From NCBI GenBank assembly GCA_002269645.1, contig NIVC01000449.1, forward strand, positions 248,001 through 312,000: DNA of 64,000 nt, read 5' to 3'. Each line of letters begins with the position of its first letter. Position 1 is the first letter of the stretch. The position numbers and the translations under genes are program-made. Below the pieces are notes generated by a model. It was not told the DNA's origin. It made no database searches and was given only the letters and a program-made list of their open reading frames with translations. Of the stretch, positions 1-11,495 are shown piece by piece. This stretch comes from Macrostomum lignano. Lineage: Eukaryota.

Positions 1-1
1 T

Positions 2-1249
2 GAAGCTCAGCGGGCTCGGCTTGAGCGCAAACGCGCTAAACAACGCGCCAAAAGGCAGGCCAAGAAGGGAGCTGCGGGGGCCAAAGCGGCGGCGTCCACC
101 ATGGATGCTGAAGCGACTGGAGTCCCAAGGCAACCAGGCGGGCCGGCCGGTGGAAGCTCCAGTAGTTCAGCGGCGGCGCTCCCTGGAGCTGCTGCCGCGG
201 CTGCTGAGGCCGAAACCACGGCGCAACAAATGGCCACTGCCAACAAGGAGGTTCCTTCGGGAGCTACCTTTGCGGCGAAGGCCAAGGCCAAAATCCCGGG
301 AGTGATCATCCAAGGTCGCGACCAGGACTGGACCACTGATCAGCTTCAAAAAGTGTGGAGTGCTGTTGACTCCTATCTGATTGAGCTGACTGTCGAGGAG
401 GGAATCTCCATCGGCATTGAGCGGATGGTGCTGCGAAGCACATTCGTTCTTATTGCTCCTAGCAGCGAGGAGGACGCTCGGCGGCTGCTCCAGCGGCTAC
501 CGACGGTCTCCTTGGATGCTGACCTTGGCGGAGCTCTTTTTCTTCGCGAGGGCCAGCGTCCAAAGACGATACCCTATGTGGTTTTCGTCCCTGCTAAGAG
601 CACCGCAGCTGGACCAGACGTTATTCGCCGGGTCCTACTGCGTCTGAACCCCGACCTCCCTGCTAGTGGACTGGTGTATCACCGTAAAGTCCGCAGGGGG
701 GAGACGGGCAACTCAATTGTCCTCGGCCTTTCCAGCACTTGGGCGAGTCGGTACCCTAATGGATCCTCTTTCCAGCTGGGTGCCCTCAAGCTCAAGATGC
801 GCCGAGGAAAGTCTGCCAAAGGGAAGGCTACTGCCAACCCCGGCATCTCCGGCAAGAGCGGGGCGCAGTCTAAGGCCCAAGGAAAGGCGCAAGCCGATCC
901 CAAAGCCAAAGCTGCATCTCGCCCCTCTGCTAGCAGCAGTTCGGCGACCGCGGTAACGGCTCCGGCCAAGCCCCGGGAACCAAACCTGCCAGTCGGAGAA
1001 GGAGTTGAGGACGAGGCCGGGTCTTCGGAATCCGAGCTCTCCTCGGCCACCTTGGTGGGGTCTGAAGGTAAAGATGCAGGTGAGGAAGCTTCCTCCATCC
1101 TGTCATCGGAGCCTGAGGACTCTGCTGGGGGGGCCGGTGGGGGTGAGGAGGCCATGGACGTCGACCAACTCCCATCTCCCAGTCAAGCCCCAGCGGCCTG
1201 GGACGAGGACGATCTGTTGTCCAAGTCTCCTTATGGCCCGGGGCTCTAG
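2..1249 (+). CDS. LINE ORF1 (nucleic-acid chaperone, low-complexity termini; core resembles the DUF4780-type ORF1 of LOA elements)
   Basis: Frame is open from position 2 (EAQRARLERKRAK...) through the ATG at 101 to TAG at 1249; it ends 23 nt before the ORF2 ATG. No CCHC knuckle. DUF4780 resemblance is from memory of the pattern RVLLRLNPDLP. Confidence 0.8.
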   Translation, partial: EAQRARLERKRAKQRAKRQAKKGAAGAKAAASTMDAEATGVPRQPGGPAGGSSSSSAAALPGAAAAAAEAETTAQQMATANKEVPSGATFAAKAKAKIPGVIIQGRDQDWTTDQLQKVWSAVDSYLIELTVEEGISIGIERMVLRSTFVLIAPSSEEDARRLLQRLPTVSLDADLGGALFLREGQRPKTIPYVVFVPAKSTAAGPDVIRRVLLRLNPDLPASGLVYHRKVRRGETGNSIVLGLSSTWASRYPNGSSFQLGALKLKMRRGKSAKGKATANPGISGKSGAQSKAQGKAQADPKAKAASRPSASSSSATAVTAPAKPREPNLPVGEGVEDEAGSSESELSSATLVGSEGKDAGEEASSILSSEPEDSAGGAGGGEEAMDVDQLPSPSQAPAAWDEDDLLSKSPYGPGL

Positions 1250-1272
1250 CCAGCTATTGCATTTAGTACAGT

Positions 1273-2934
1273 ATGACTAAGCTCCACGCTGCCAAAGGAG
1301 TGACATTCTGTCTGCAAATTAATTTACAGCATTGCGTATCTGCGTCAGTAAATCTGATGAAGATTGCTGAGCTGTACAGGCCAGGCCTCATCCTGATCCA
1401 GGAACCCTGGATGCGCAACGGTAAGTTGCCCAACATTCCCTCTGGCTACTCTGATTTTTATGTGTGTGGCCCGGGGAACAGCCGCCCTAGAGCGGCTATC
1501 CTCGCTGCTAGCCATCTCCAGGCTTGGCTGAGGACTGATCTCTCTGATGGAGACCTTTGCGTCATCCAATCTAATCATTTCTCTCCGCGTACGTGTCTTG
1601 TTGCCTCGGTTTATATCCCAGGCGACAGAGACCCTGCTCCTGAGAGTTTACTGCGCCTCGCGCAGTACTGCGAGTCCCAGAACGCTGAGCTGTGCTTAGG
1701 GGGTGACCTCAACGCGCACCACAAGCACTGGGGCAGCAAAGATACCAACACTAGAGGAGAGGAGCTTCTGGCCCTCATCTCTAACACAAACCTCATGCTC
1801 TGCAACCGCGGCAGCACTCCTACCTTTAATAATGGCAGATGGACCGAGGTCCTCGACGCCACACTCGTTACCCCAAGACTCTTTGACAGAGTTGAGGAGT
1901 GGAGAGTCTGGTCTGAGGAGCCCTCCCTGTCTGACCACTGCTTTATCGCCTTTAACATCGCGGACACTAAAACCCAGTCTCCGATCACTTGGAGACGCAA
2001 TATCCGCAACACTGATTGGGCGGCCTACAAGGCTGCCCTTGATCTGCACCTGCAGGAACTCACGGACTTACGTCCGGACTTACGATTGAGACCTGCGAGG
2101 ATGTGGATCATATGGCTGAGACGCTGACAGGTTGCATTATTGAAGCCTACGAAGCGGCTTGTCCTGCTCGCGCCTACAAAGGCAAGACCTCGGCGCCGTG
2201 GTGGAACCCGGAGCTGGGGAAACTCAGGCGGAAGGCCAAAAGCCGTCATCGCCGTGCCATGAAGACCGGAAACCCGGAGGACATGGAGCTTTTCCGGCAA
2301 GCCTCCCGCAATTTCAAATCTGAAGTGCGCAAGGCCAAGGAATGTAAAGTGGCGCCAATTCTGCAATGAATTGGATCAAGACAGACCTACTTCTAGGCTT
2401 GTCAAGGCCCTTACAATGGACAAAATGTCCAAATTAGCCATGATAAAAAAAGATGATGGCTCTCTTACTAAAGACCCTGAAGAAGTGCTTCAGCATATGC
2501 TTAGCACATTCTTCCCGAGGGTACCTACTGCTAGACCGGAGCCCAACCATTCGATGGATGGAGCCACCCTAGCGGCGGGCATTGTCACTGAAGACCTAAT
2601 CGCTCGTGCGGTCAGAACCTTCAAACCCTTCAAATCTCCTGGACCTGATGGTATCTACCCTGTTCTCCTTCGTGAAGCAGTCAAGATACCCTCGTTCCTG
2701 AGACTCACCCGCAATCTCATGCGGGCCTCTATCCAGCTGGGATACGTTCCCAAATGCTGGACTGAAGCTCGGGTAGTCTTTATTCCCAAACCTGGGAAGG
2801 GTGACTACCAAAGCGTCAAGGCCTTCCGGCCTATTAGCTTAACGTCAGCAATGCTTAAGCTCACTGAGAGGCTTATTCTCTGGCGGCTGCTGTCCTGCGA
2901 GCTGACAGCGATGCCCCTCAGCAATAATCAGCAC
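1273..2934 (+). CDS. LINE ORF2, N-terminal part: APE endonuclease and start of reverse transcriptase (two +/-1 frameshifts near 2070 and 2346)
   Basis: LILIQEPW, GDLNAHH, LDATL, SDHCFI (APE motifs); PWWNPEL, KSPGPDGIYP, ARVVFIPKPGK, FRPISLTS (RT domains 0-2). Confidence 0.92.
2930..2934. repeat. 5-bp target site duplication AGCAC, left copy (right copy 9405-9409)
   Basis: AGCAC directly flanks both outer LTR ends; removing LTR-to-LTR plus one copy restores NNQHAFRTGRSTDSAL in frame. Confidence 0.95.
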
Positions 2935-3190
2935 TGTTAAAGAAATAATTAAGTCTAATAAATCTGAGGGTTAGACTTTAACAAAAAAACAGGTAAATGA
3001 GCCCTGTGGCTAAATTATTGCATATATATTAAATTAAATCGATGTTCTCTCTCTCCAACCCTCTAACTCATCAACGCCTCACGCACATCAACCCCACCCC
3101 AACACACTCTGAGACGGGGACCGCCAAGTGTACACTGGCGACGCTACACATAGCAGAGGGTCGGTACGCAGGCACTCCAAATCCAACACA
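2935..3190 (-). repeat. 3' LTR (256 bp)
   Basis: Identical to 9149-9404 except two C/T differences; TG...CA ends. Confidence 0.96.
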
Positions 3191-3198
3191 CTCCCCCT
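3191..3198 (-). promoter_or_regulatory. Polypurine tract AGGGGGAG
   Basis: CTCCCCCT on the plus strand directly abuts the 3' LTR. Confidence 0.9.
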
Positions 3199-3543
3199 AA
3201 TGATGCTTCATCATTACAGTACTTAACATTGATATTCGAAAAAGGAAACTCGCTATTAACTTAAATGAAATTAAACGAAACGAATAGCAAAAAACAAATG
3301 AACAACAAAAAACGCTCCAACATTACAACAGACTTGATGACTAAAAATGTGACACACCATCACCAGAGTACTGAGTTAACGAAAAAGTAGGAACAAAGGG
3401 AAAACGAAACTCAAAAAAAATCCAATCAGCGCTAAGGAGCTCAAAAGGTAAGATTGAAAGGGAGTGAAAATTACTGCGAACTAAAACTAAACAGAAACTC
3501 GAAACAACGATTAGAACAGTCATTGAAAGTCAGTTACTTAAGT

Positions 3544-6500
3544 TCATTCAGTCACAGCTTCCAGCAAAATCAGGTTCTCCACCGGTCGGCGAATCAAGCA
3601 TCTCCTGGGACCGCGGCCAGGTCTGGGCGCGACTCGAACCGTTGCAGATCTCACCGCCCCGTCTCGGCCAGGATGCACCGACTCGATGACACCGGTACAC
3701 CAGGTAAGCCTCGGCTGCCCGGCCTCACCTTTCACCAGGACGATGTCGCCGGCCGTCGCTTCTCGAGTTACGCCATGCTTGGGACTTAGATTATGTTCTC
3801 GCAGGCTGGTCAGATACTGTCGCTCCCAGCAGTCCCAGAAGGCTTGCAGTCTGGCGCGCATTCGCCTCAGCAGTGTTGGCAACGGCAGCAGGAGCTCGGG
3901 CGTACCGCTAGAAGTTGGCTCCGCCGTCAGCCGTTGCAGGACCAGAAAGTGCGCCGGCGTCAGGACTTCTCCGTTGGTTTCGGCATCCACGTAGAGTAGA
4001 GGCCGACTGTTGAGCACCGCTTCCACCTCCATTAGCACTGTCCGCAGTTCGTCCAGCGTCAGGGTTGCGTTGAGGATGGTCTTGCGCAAAGCCAGCTTGA
4101 TGTCCCTCATCAGTCGCTCCCAGAAGCCTCCTTGCCACGGTGCGCGTTCGACGATGAATTGCCAGGTGATTTTCCTGGTGGCGCAGAAGTCTTGAACTTG
4201 TCGACTCTCCGACGCCTGAAGTATTTTGGCAGCCTTGGTGAATGTCTTGGCGTTGTCACTGATGAGATTGGGAATTCCTCTCCGAGCACAGAACCGTCGG
4301 AGGGCTCGCAGGAAGGTCTCGGTCGTCAAGTCGCTCACCAGTTCCAGGTGAAGGGCTCGCGTGGCCGCACAGGTGAAAACCAGGATATAGCCTTTCTCGA
4401 TCTCTGTGTCCTCCATCAGTTTGACAGGTCCGCAGTAGTCGAGTCCGCACCACTCAAAGGCTCTCCCAGACTTCACGCGTGCTTCAGGTAAGGCTGGGAT
4501 TTGCTTCACTGCATATGGTAGTCCTTGAAGACGTCTGCAGACAAAGCAACTTCTCAGGATCGACTTGACTCGCTGTCTTCCTCTGATTAGCCAGAATCTC
4601 TCTCGCAGCTTACAAAGAGTGCTGGGCACTCCCCCGTGCAGAACCTTGGCGTGAGCGTCCCAGATGAGAAGAAGCTCCAGGTGTGACTTGCTCGGGATCA
4701 GAATCGGACAGTCAACCTCGGCAGAGGCGTTGGACTCCTTCAATCGACCTTGGCTTCGGAGAATACTCTTGTTGTCGAGAAAAAGATTCAACTGCCTGCT
4801 GAGATCTGTACTGGCCGCTGACTCCTGAATGTGAGCAATTTCGGCTTGAAAACTCCGTCTCTGCACTTCTCGCAGCCAGCGCTCTTCAACTTCAAGGACT
4901 TCTGCTGCAGCCAGTGGTCCCACTCGCTCCTCCCCCGCTGCAGAAGTTCTAGCTTGCAGGTTTCTGACGAAGCGTAGGACATAGGCTGTCACCCGAATCA
5001 GCTTGATCCAGGATGAGAAGTTCGTGTCATTGAGAACTTCCTGTAGACTGATGTCAGGACCGGCTTCAGTTAGCAGAACAACTGGACGGTTCACTTGTGT
5101 CTTTTGCTCCTCGGCAACTGCCGCTGTCGGTAAGCTGAGAAAGGATTGGTCGGGCCAATCGTCAGGAGGTCGTGCCAGCCAGTCTGGACCGTGCCACCAG
5201 CTGTCGTCCGCCTTCAACTTGCTCGCTGATGTTCCTCGAGATGCAACGTCCGCCGGATTCTCCTCGCCTGGGACATGTCTCCAGGCATCCTCTGGCACCA
5301 GGCGGCGGATCTCCGTCACCCGATTATGAACAAAGAGCTTCCAGGGTCTGTGCTGCCGGATCCAGTAGAGCGTGTCGGCACTGTCTGTCCAGCAAAACAC
5401 CTGGCGAACATGAGGATACTGACTCATGGATGATGTCAACAGTCTGGCGAGTATCAAGGCACCCAGGAGTTCGAGCCGAGGAATTGAAAGAACCGACAGT
5501 GGAGCCACTCTCGCCTTGGCGGCCACCAGGTTGCAGCTGACGGAACCATCGGTGTACTGCACTCGCAGGTAAAGACACGCCGCATAGCATTTGATTGACG
5601 CATCACAGAACCCATGCAGCTGTATCTCCTCGACCTCCTTCGTCGCCGAAAGCACCAACCTTGGAACTTGAAATCGACCTGCCAGCATCTCCTGCAACCA
5701 CTTCAGCCACTGCTGCTTAATCGGCTCCTTTAGCGGGCAGTCCCAAGCGATCTTTTCAACGCACAGCTTCTGGAACATCGATTTCGGCAACGTAAGCAGC
5801 GGAACCAGGAAGCCCAGAGGATCGTAGACACGGGCCAGCAGCTGTAGCACGACACGCTTGGAGGGCGACGCCTTGAGCAAATCTTCTGGCGGAGAAAACT
5901 GCAGCACGAACACGTCCGATCCTGTCTCCCATCGCAGCCCGAGGACTTTTGACGATACGCCATCTTCGCCCAAGGAGGCGGCTGAATAGCTGGAGGGGTC
6001 CTCCGTGATGTCCTTTGTCACCGCCGACAACGCCGGAGCAAGAACATCACTGTCTAGTGTGCTGGCGCGAACCGCTTTCAATACATTCTTGCTGTTGGAC
6101 TGCCAGTGTCGCAGATTCATTCCAGCCTGTTGGAATATGTGCCGGGATTTTTGGATGAGATCCAGGGCCTGCTGTTCATCCACGCACCCAGAGATCAGGT
6201 TGTCCACATAGATTTCTTTGGACACCTTATCCACGAACTCTGCATGCTGGCCTCGGTGAGATGCCAAGTGGTGTTGAATGACAGTCTCCAGGACGGCAGG
6301 TGAGCAGGTGAGTCCGAACACCAGAGCAGCGTAGCGCAGAACAACGAGAGGTGAATCAGCTTGACTGGGATCCCGTGGCCAGAGGAATCGTAGAGCATCG
6401 CGATCGTCTTCTGCAATTCGGATCTGCAAAAAAGCCTTCTCAATATCGGCAGTCAAGGCGATCGGATGAAGTCGAAATGCCTGAAGCAGTCGCGGAATCT

Positions 6501-9019
6501 CGGCCAACGAACAGGTTCCTGTTTCCAGACAGTCATTCAGCGATGGACTGCACTGATCTCGCTTGGCACTCGCGTCGAAAACCACTCGAACTTTGCTCGA
6601 TTCAGCTTCAGGACGGATTACGGCTCGGTGGGGTAGGTAGTGGATGAGATCGCTGGTCCCATCTGGAGCTTCTTCGACTACGCCAGCTTCCTTCTGACTG
6701 GTCAGAATGCGGTGGTACTCCTGAAGTAGCGCAGGCTCACGACGCAGCCTCGTCAGATTGGTCTTTAGTCTCTTGAACGCTACCTCGAAGTTGTCGGGCA
6801 ATCTTAATTCCTTTTTGGGAATCTTCCACGGCAGCTGAACTGAGTAGCGACCCTCTTGGAACTGGGCATTCAGAGTCAGTGGACGCTGATCAGGCTCGGC
6901 TGCACTTCTGATGCCGAGACCTTCTAAAGTCCAGAACGCCTCGATGGTGCTGCTGTCCAGACCTTTCTCGCTCCTTGAGCACAGCAGAGAAGAACCTGCT
7001 CTGACCTGGTCTCTAGCTCACTTGCGGCGAACCCATCTGACAGTGACCCGCACAGCAACCAACCGAGCTGACTGGATACGGCAACTGGACCGGAGCCGAC
7101 CTCTGAGCGAATCACTTGACCTGTGACGAGGTCGTAGAATTGGTCAGCTCCGATGAGGATACTGATCTCGGGATTCTGTTCACCACCGATGTCCCAGTCT
7201 GCCATGTCGAGGTGTTGAAAGTGCTTCATGCACAAGCTGCTGACAACTGGCTGATGAGAGCAGATGTAAGGCACTGTGTTGGCGCGCACTGTGAACTGGG
7301 CGGTGCTGTCAGATTTCCGAAGCTTGAACTCGACCATCGCAGTCTGCAGCACCTTGGCCTCTGTGCCACCGAATGTTGTCACCTCCATCGTCTCTCTGCC
7401 CATGACCTGGAGCCCCATCTTCTCAGCCAAGCTGGTCAAGATGAACAAACGGTTGCTTGCAGAGTCAAAGAGAATTCGCACCGGAGTCTCCTGATTGTTA
7501 ACAGTCGAAATCAGTACAGCTCCCGCTGTTGGAAGGATCACTGTTTGAGCTTTTGTCACCATAGCCATGGTCTTCACTTCTTGACTCTTCACATTCTGTG
7601 CAGCAGCCTGCTCGGACTTCTTCCGGTCTTCTCCCACCTTTCCAAGTGTGGAGCCGGGTGCCTTCGGTCCACCTTACCCTGCAGCTTCTCCATGCGTGCG
7701 CTACAGAGACTTGGGTGATGCTTCATCTGGCAGAATTCACATTGCTTCTTGTGGTAGCAGGTCTTGACGCTGTGTCCCTTGCAGAGACAGCTGAAGCAAC
7801 GCCTCTGCTCCTTCAAAAACTGGAGTCGTGCCGCAACGTCTACCAGGCGAGTGCACTTCTCTGGAGCATGTTCAGTTTCGCAGAAGGGACAAGCCGTGCT
7901 GATCTTTTTGACCTTCGTGTGAAGCGCAGCCACTGTGCCGCCATCCCTTGTCTGTTTCTCACCAGCAGTCTTGGACGCTCCATTGGAACCGGACGTCTGC
8001 CCTGCAGCTCCAACGGCCGCCTCCTCCCGGACTAAAATCTCCATTTCCAAGACCTGCAGAAACTCCGTCACAGAATCTAAGCCATTGCCATCCTTCATCT
8101 GCGACAAGCTGCTACCAAAGGAATAACCGACGGAAGCAATCCGAGCAGTTCTCAGCATCCCGAGACGAACGACTTCCGGCAGCTTCGCCAGCAAGTTGGG
8201 CAGCAACATGGATTCGTAAGATTCGACACTCACCCCGAGATTCGTCAGACTGCGGACATTTCCATTGACTTGGTCGTAGAAATTCCTCAGGTGCTGTGCC
8301 GACGAACTGGAGCAGGTCAGCACCGAGAACTTTGCCAGGTGCTCGCGCACGGCTCCGTTGCGGGATCCAAATCGTCGTTGCAGGTTGTCGATGGCGATAT
8401 GGTAGTTGTCCTTCGTGATGTTGAGACCAGCGATCGAGTTTCGGGCTTCCCCAGACAGACACGACTGCAGGTAGCTGAATTTGTCGACGACACTCAGGCT
8501 CGGGTTGTCATGGATACTGGAGTTGAAGCGGTCCCAGAATTCCGTCCATTGGGTCCGATCGCCACTGAATGACGGTGGCGGCAGTTTTGGCAACCTGATG
8601 GCAGTCTGAGTCCTTGTCGTTGAAGAATTCTCTTCCGAAGACTTGGACGAAGTCGTCGTCTGTATGGCTGTATTCTGCAGCAGATTTGTTGCCTGCGGCG
8701 TGCCGGTCCGCGCGGTCTGAAGCTCCTGGAGCCGTCTGGTGAGGTTCGAGATCAATTTGCCAGCCAGCAGGTCGTACTCCATTGTCGTCTCTGCTTCAGC
8801 CTGCACGTCCTTCTCGTCAACCTCCGCGGCGAGCTCTTCATCTGCTGCTTGGAGCTGCTGCTTCTTGAACCGTAGAGCCTCTAGAACGCTGTCGATTTCA
8901 TCTTCAGCAGCATCTGTTTTGAGCAGGTCTTCGGCTTTCTGTGCCAGTCTGGTGACCGTCGCTCGTAACACGCCTCTCTTCCTGGAGTCCATGCTGTTGT
9001 TGAAAAATCGCTGAGTCAC
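3544..9019 (-). CDS. BEL/Pao Gag-Pol polyprotein, split by two -1 shifts (ORFs 7589-9019, 6924-7637, 3544-6801)
   Basis: Domain order Gag-PR-RT-RH-IN. The span is 5476 nt; adding two bases (G-run sites near 7672 and 6975) gives one 1826-codon frame and restores FWTLEGLGI before RT. Confidence 0.92.
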
Positions 9020-9060
9020 TGTAGCACTCTTGCGCTCACTGCTTGATTTTACTGTGATTT

Positions 9061-9074
9061 TGGTTCGGGCGCCA
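9061..9074 (-). promoter_or_regulatory. Native PBS, 12-nt match to tRNA-Lys(UUU) (TGGCGCCCGAAC)
   Basis: Reverse complement of 9063-9074 is TGGCGCCCGAAC, which then diverges into the leader CAAAATC. Confidence 0.85.
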
Positions 9075-9130
9075 TGTTAAAGAAATAATTAAGTCTAATA
9101 AATCTGAGGGTTAGACTTTAACAAAAAAAA
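9075..9130 (-). repeat. Extra partial LTR copy: 56-nt U5 end
   Basis: TGTTAAAGAAAT...TTTAACAAAAAAAA matches the first 55-56 nt of both LTRs on the plus strand. Confidence 0.95.
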
Positions 9131-9148
9131 GTCCCTGTTCGGGCGCCA
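9131..9148 (-). promoter_or_regulatory. Perfect 18-nt PBS complementary to the tRNA-Lys(UUU) 3' end (TGGCGCCCGAACAGGGAC)
   Basis: Plus strand GTCCCTGTTCGGGCGCCA equals nt 59-76 of canonical tRNA-Lys3 (the same sequence as the HIV-1 PBS). Confidence 0.93.
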
Positions 9149-9404
9149 TGTTAAAGAAATAATTAAGTCTAATAAATCTGAGGGTTAGACTTTAACAAAA
9201 AAACAGGTAAATGAGCCCTGTGGCTAAATTATTGCATATATATTAAATTAAATCGATGTTCTCTCTCTCCAACTCTCTAACTCATCAACGCCTCACGCAC
9301 ATCAACCCTACCCCAACACACTCTGAGACGGGGACCGCCAAGTGTACACTGGCGACGCTACACATAGCAGAGGGTCGGTACGCAGGCACTCCAAATCCAA
9401 CACA
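9149..9404 (-). repeat. 5' LTR (256 bp)
   Basis: 254/256 identical to the 3' LTR; followed by TSD AGCAC. Confidence 0.96.
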
Positions 9405-9409
9405 AGCAC

Positions 9410-11495
9410 GCCTTCCGCACCGGGAGGTCGACTGACAGCGCCCTGCATGCGATTGTCGAGAAGATTGAAAGGGCGGTACTGGGTGACGGTTACGCTCTGG
9501 CTCTCTTTCTTGACATTGTTGGCGCCTTCGACAACGTTATCTTTGAAGCGTTTCAGAGGGCCCTTCAAAATCGCAAAGCTCATGCTACCCTCATACGGTG
9601 GATCATGTACATGATCTCCAACCGTACGGTCACTGCCCAACTTCTTGGGCAAACTGCCTCCACCAGAGTCTGTAAGGGTGGACCCCAAGGCGGAGTCCTC
9701 ACCCCGACGCTCTGGAACCTGGTCATGGACGCTCTTTTGAGTGACTCCCGACCCGCCCCGTCTTCAAAGTCGGGTATGCTGATGACGTCACGGCCATTGT
9801 GGCAGGACCGTCTCCCAGCACGCTCAGGGATCTGATGCAGAGCTTTATCCGCAAAGCAGAATCCTGGGCCAATGACAATGGTCTGGAACTCTCTGAGCCC
9901 AAAACCGTTGCCATTATGTTTACCAGCAGACTACGCTGGAACATACGTCCTCTGCAGCTCTACGGCAGAGATATTGCCTTCGCGCACCAGACCAGATGTC
10001 TCGGGTCACACTTGACCACCGGCTCAACTGGTCCTTCCACGTGAAAGCAAAAGCCAAGCGTGCCTCAGCCATCCTGGCCCAGCTCCGACGAGCACTTGGC
10101 ACTTCTTGGGGTCTATCCCCAAAGCGGCTTTGGTGGATCTATACTTCCGTAGTTAGACCTGCCATTACGTACGCCTCTGTTGTCTGGGTTAGCGCTACCC
10201 AGGTCAAAAGCCATGCAGACCTGCTCAACACGATCCAAGGCAGAGCGTGTAGGCTCATCTGCAACGCCACCAGGTCCACGCCCTTTGCTGGCATGGGGGC
10301 CTTCCTTAATCTTCCGCCTCTTGACCTCTTCATCAGGGGTGAGGCGGCTAGAACGACGCGGCGTCTAATTGATGCCGGCGTCAAATTCATTTACATGAGA
10401 GCACCTGCTAAGCGGAACCTTGTCCCGCATAGCGATCTGTGCCTCAACTTTCTCAACGAGTGTCAGGCCAATCGCGTCTTCACCGATGGCATTGCCTCAA
10501 CGCTCAACCTGAGACAGCGCTACTCCGTAGCTATTGACTCGCGCGATAACATCAATGACCATTGGAACCCTGGTGAGCTTCATTGCTACACCGACGGTTC
10601 TAAGCAGTCAGCCAACACCGGCTTTGGTGTTGGAATCTTTCTGAACGGGAGGGTCATCGCTACCCACGCTCAATACACTGGGGTCAACTCCAGTGTTTTC
10701 CAAAATGAAGTTCTGGCCATCAGCTCCTGCACTGCAGAGCTTCTCGCCACTGGCGTTACTGGTAAGAACATCATTTTCCATTCGGACAGCCAAGCTGCCT
10801 TGCACGCCATCAGTGGCTGCAGCACCAACTCTGCTACAGTCCTTGACTGTATCAAACTCCTCAATGTGTTGGGTTCCGCCAACAAAATTACCCTTAAGTG
10901 GGTTCCGGGGCATGTGGGGATCCGAGGAAATGAGTTGGCTGACACCCTTGCAAAAGTTGGTGCCTCCGGCTCCTCTCTCGGCCCCGAACCTCTTGTCCCG
11001 ATTCCTGGCTGTGTCATCGACTCACGCATCAAAGCGTGGATCAGGACTCAGCACCGCTCGACTTGGGCGAACCGCACGAACTGCAGGCAATCCAGAGGCG
11101 CTGTCCCTCAGCCCTCTCACCAGCTCCGGAAGCTCCTCTTGCGCCTCTCGCGCAGAGACATCCGGGCTGCCACCATGACCCTCTCTGGTCACGGCTGCTT
11201 CTCCAGGCACCAGTACCTGCAGGGCAACGCCACCAACGCCACCTGTAGTTTCTGCAACTCAGGTGACGAAACCGCTGAGCATTTCGTCAGCATCTGTCCC
11301 GCCTTCACGCGGGCCAGACTCACTTACCTCGGGCCACACACATCTATTACTGAAGCGTGCAAACCCGAAAACTTTAATCAGCTCATGCGCTACCTTCGGG
11401 CCACCCGCAGGGCTGAACTCTCCTTTCCAGAGAGCACCATAGCTGCTGGCGACACTGGGGGACCTCCCTGGGCGGCGCCAACCCTCCGTCCATAG
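9410..11495 (+). CDS. LINE ORF2, C-terminal part: RT core, RNase H, CCHC zinc finger (two -1 shifts near 9756 and 10005)
   Basis: FLDIVGAFDNV, GGPQGGVLTPTLW, GYADD; RNase H YTDGSK...QNEVLAI...SDSQAAL...WVPGHVGIRGNELAD; GHGCF...CSFC...ETAEHFVSICP. Confidence 0.92.

Larger units (their letters stand above)
2935..9404 (-). mobile_element. BEL/Pao LTR retrotransposon, full length, recent
   Basis: TG...CA LTRs at 2935-3190 and 9149-9404, PBS, PPT, TSD. Gag with CCHC knuckles, protease (ILFDSAS), RT (YLPHRAV, RVVFDAS, ADIEKAFLQI, YVDNL), Pao RNase H (LHGFCDAS, IPRLELLGA, WTDS, NPADVASRG), integrase (HGG, GLDYCGP, SDNAKTF, WQGGFWERL). Confidence 0.97.

Noticed and set aside
3199-3543. env-like or extra ORF in the BEL 3' region
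   Set aside because: Only about 345 bp, AT-rich, and the short ORFs have no recognisable motif.
7637-7690. Programmed -1 gag-pol frameshift in the BEL element
   Set aside because: No X XXY YYZ slippery heptamer; a single-G loss in a G-run explains it, as at the second shift.
3686-11210. Numerous short ORFs antisense to or overlapping the TE polyproteins
   Set aside because: Shadow ORFs of GC-rich coding sequence with no independent motifs.
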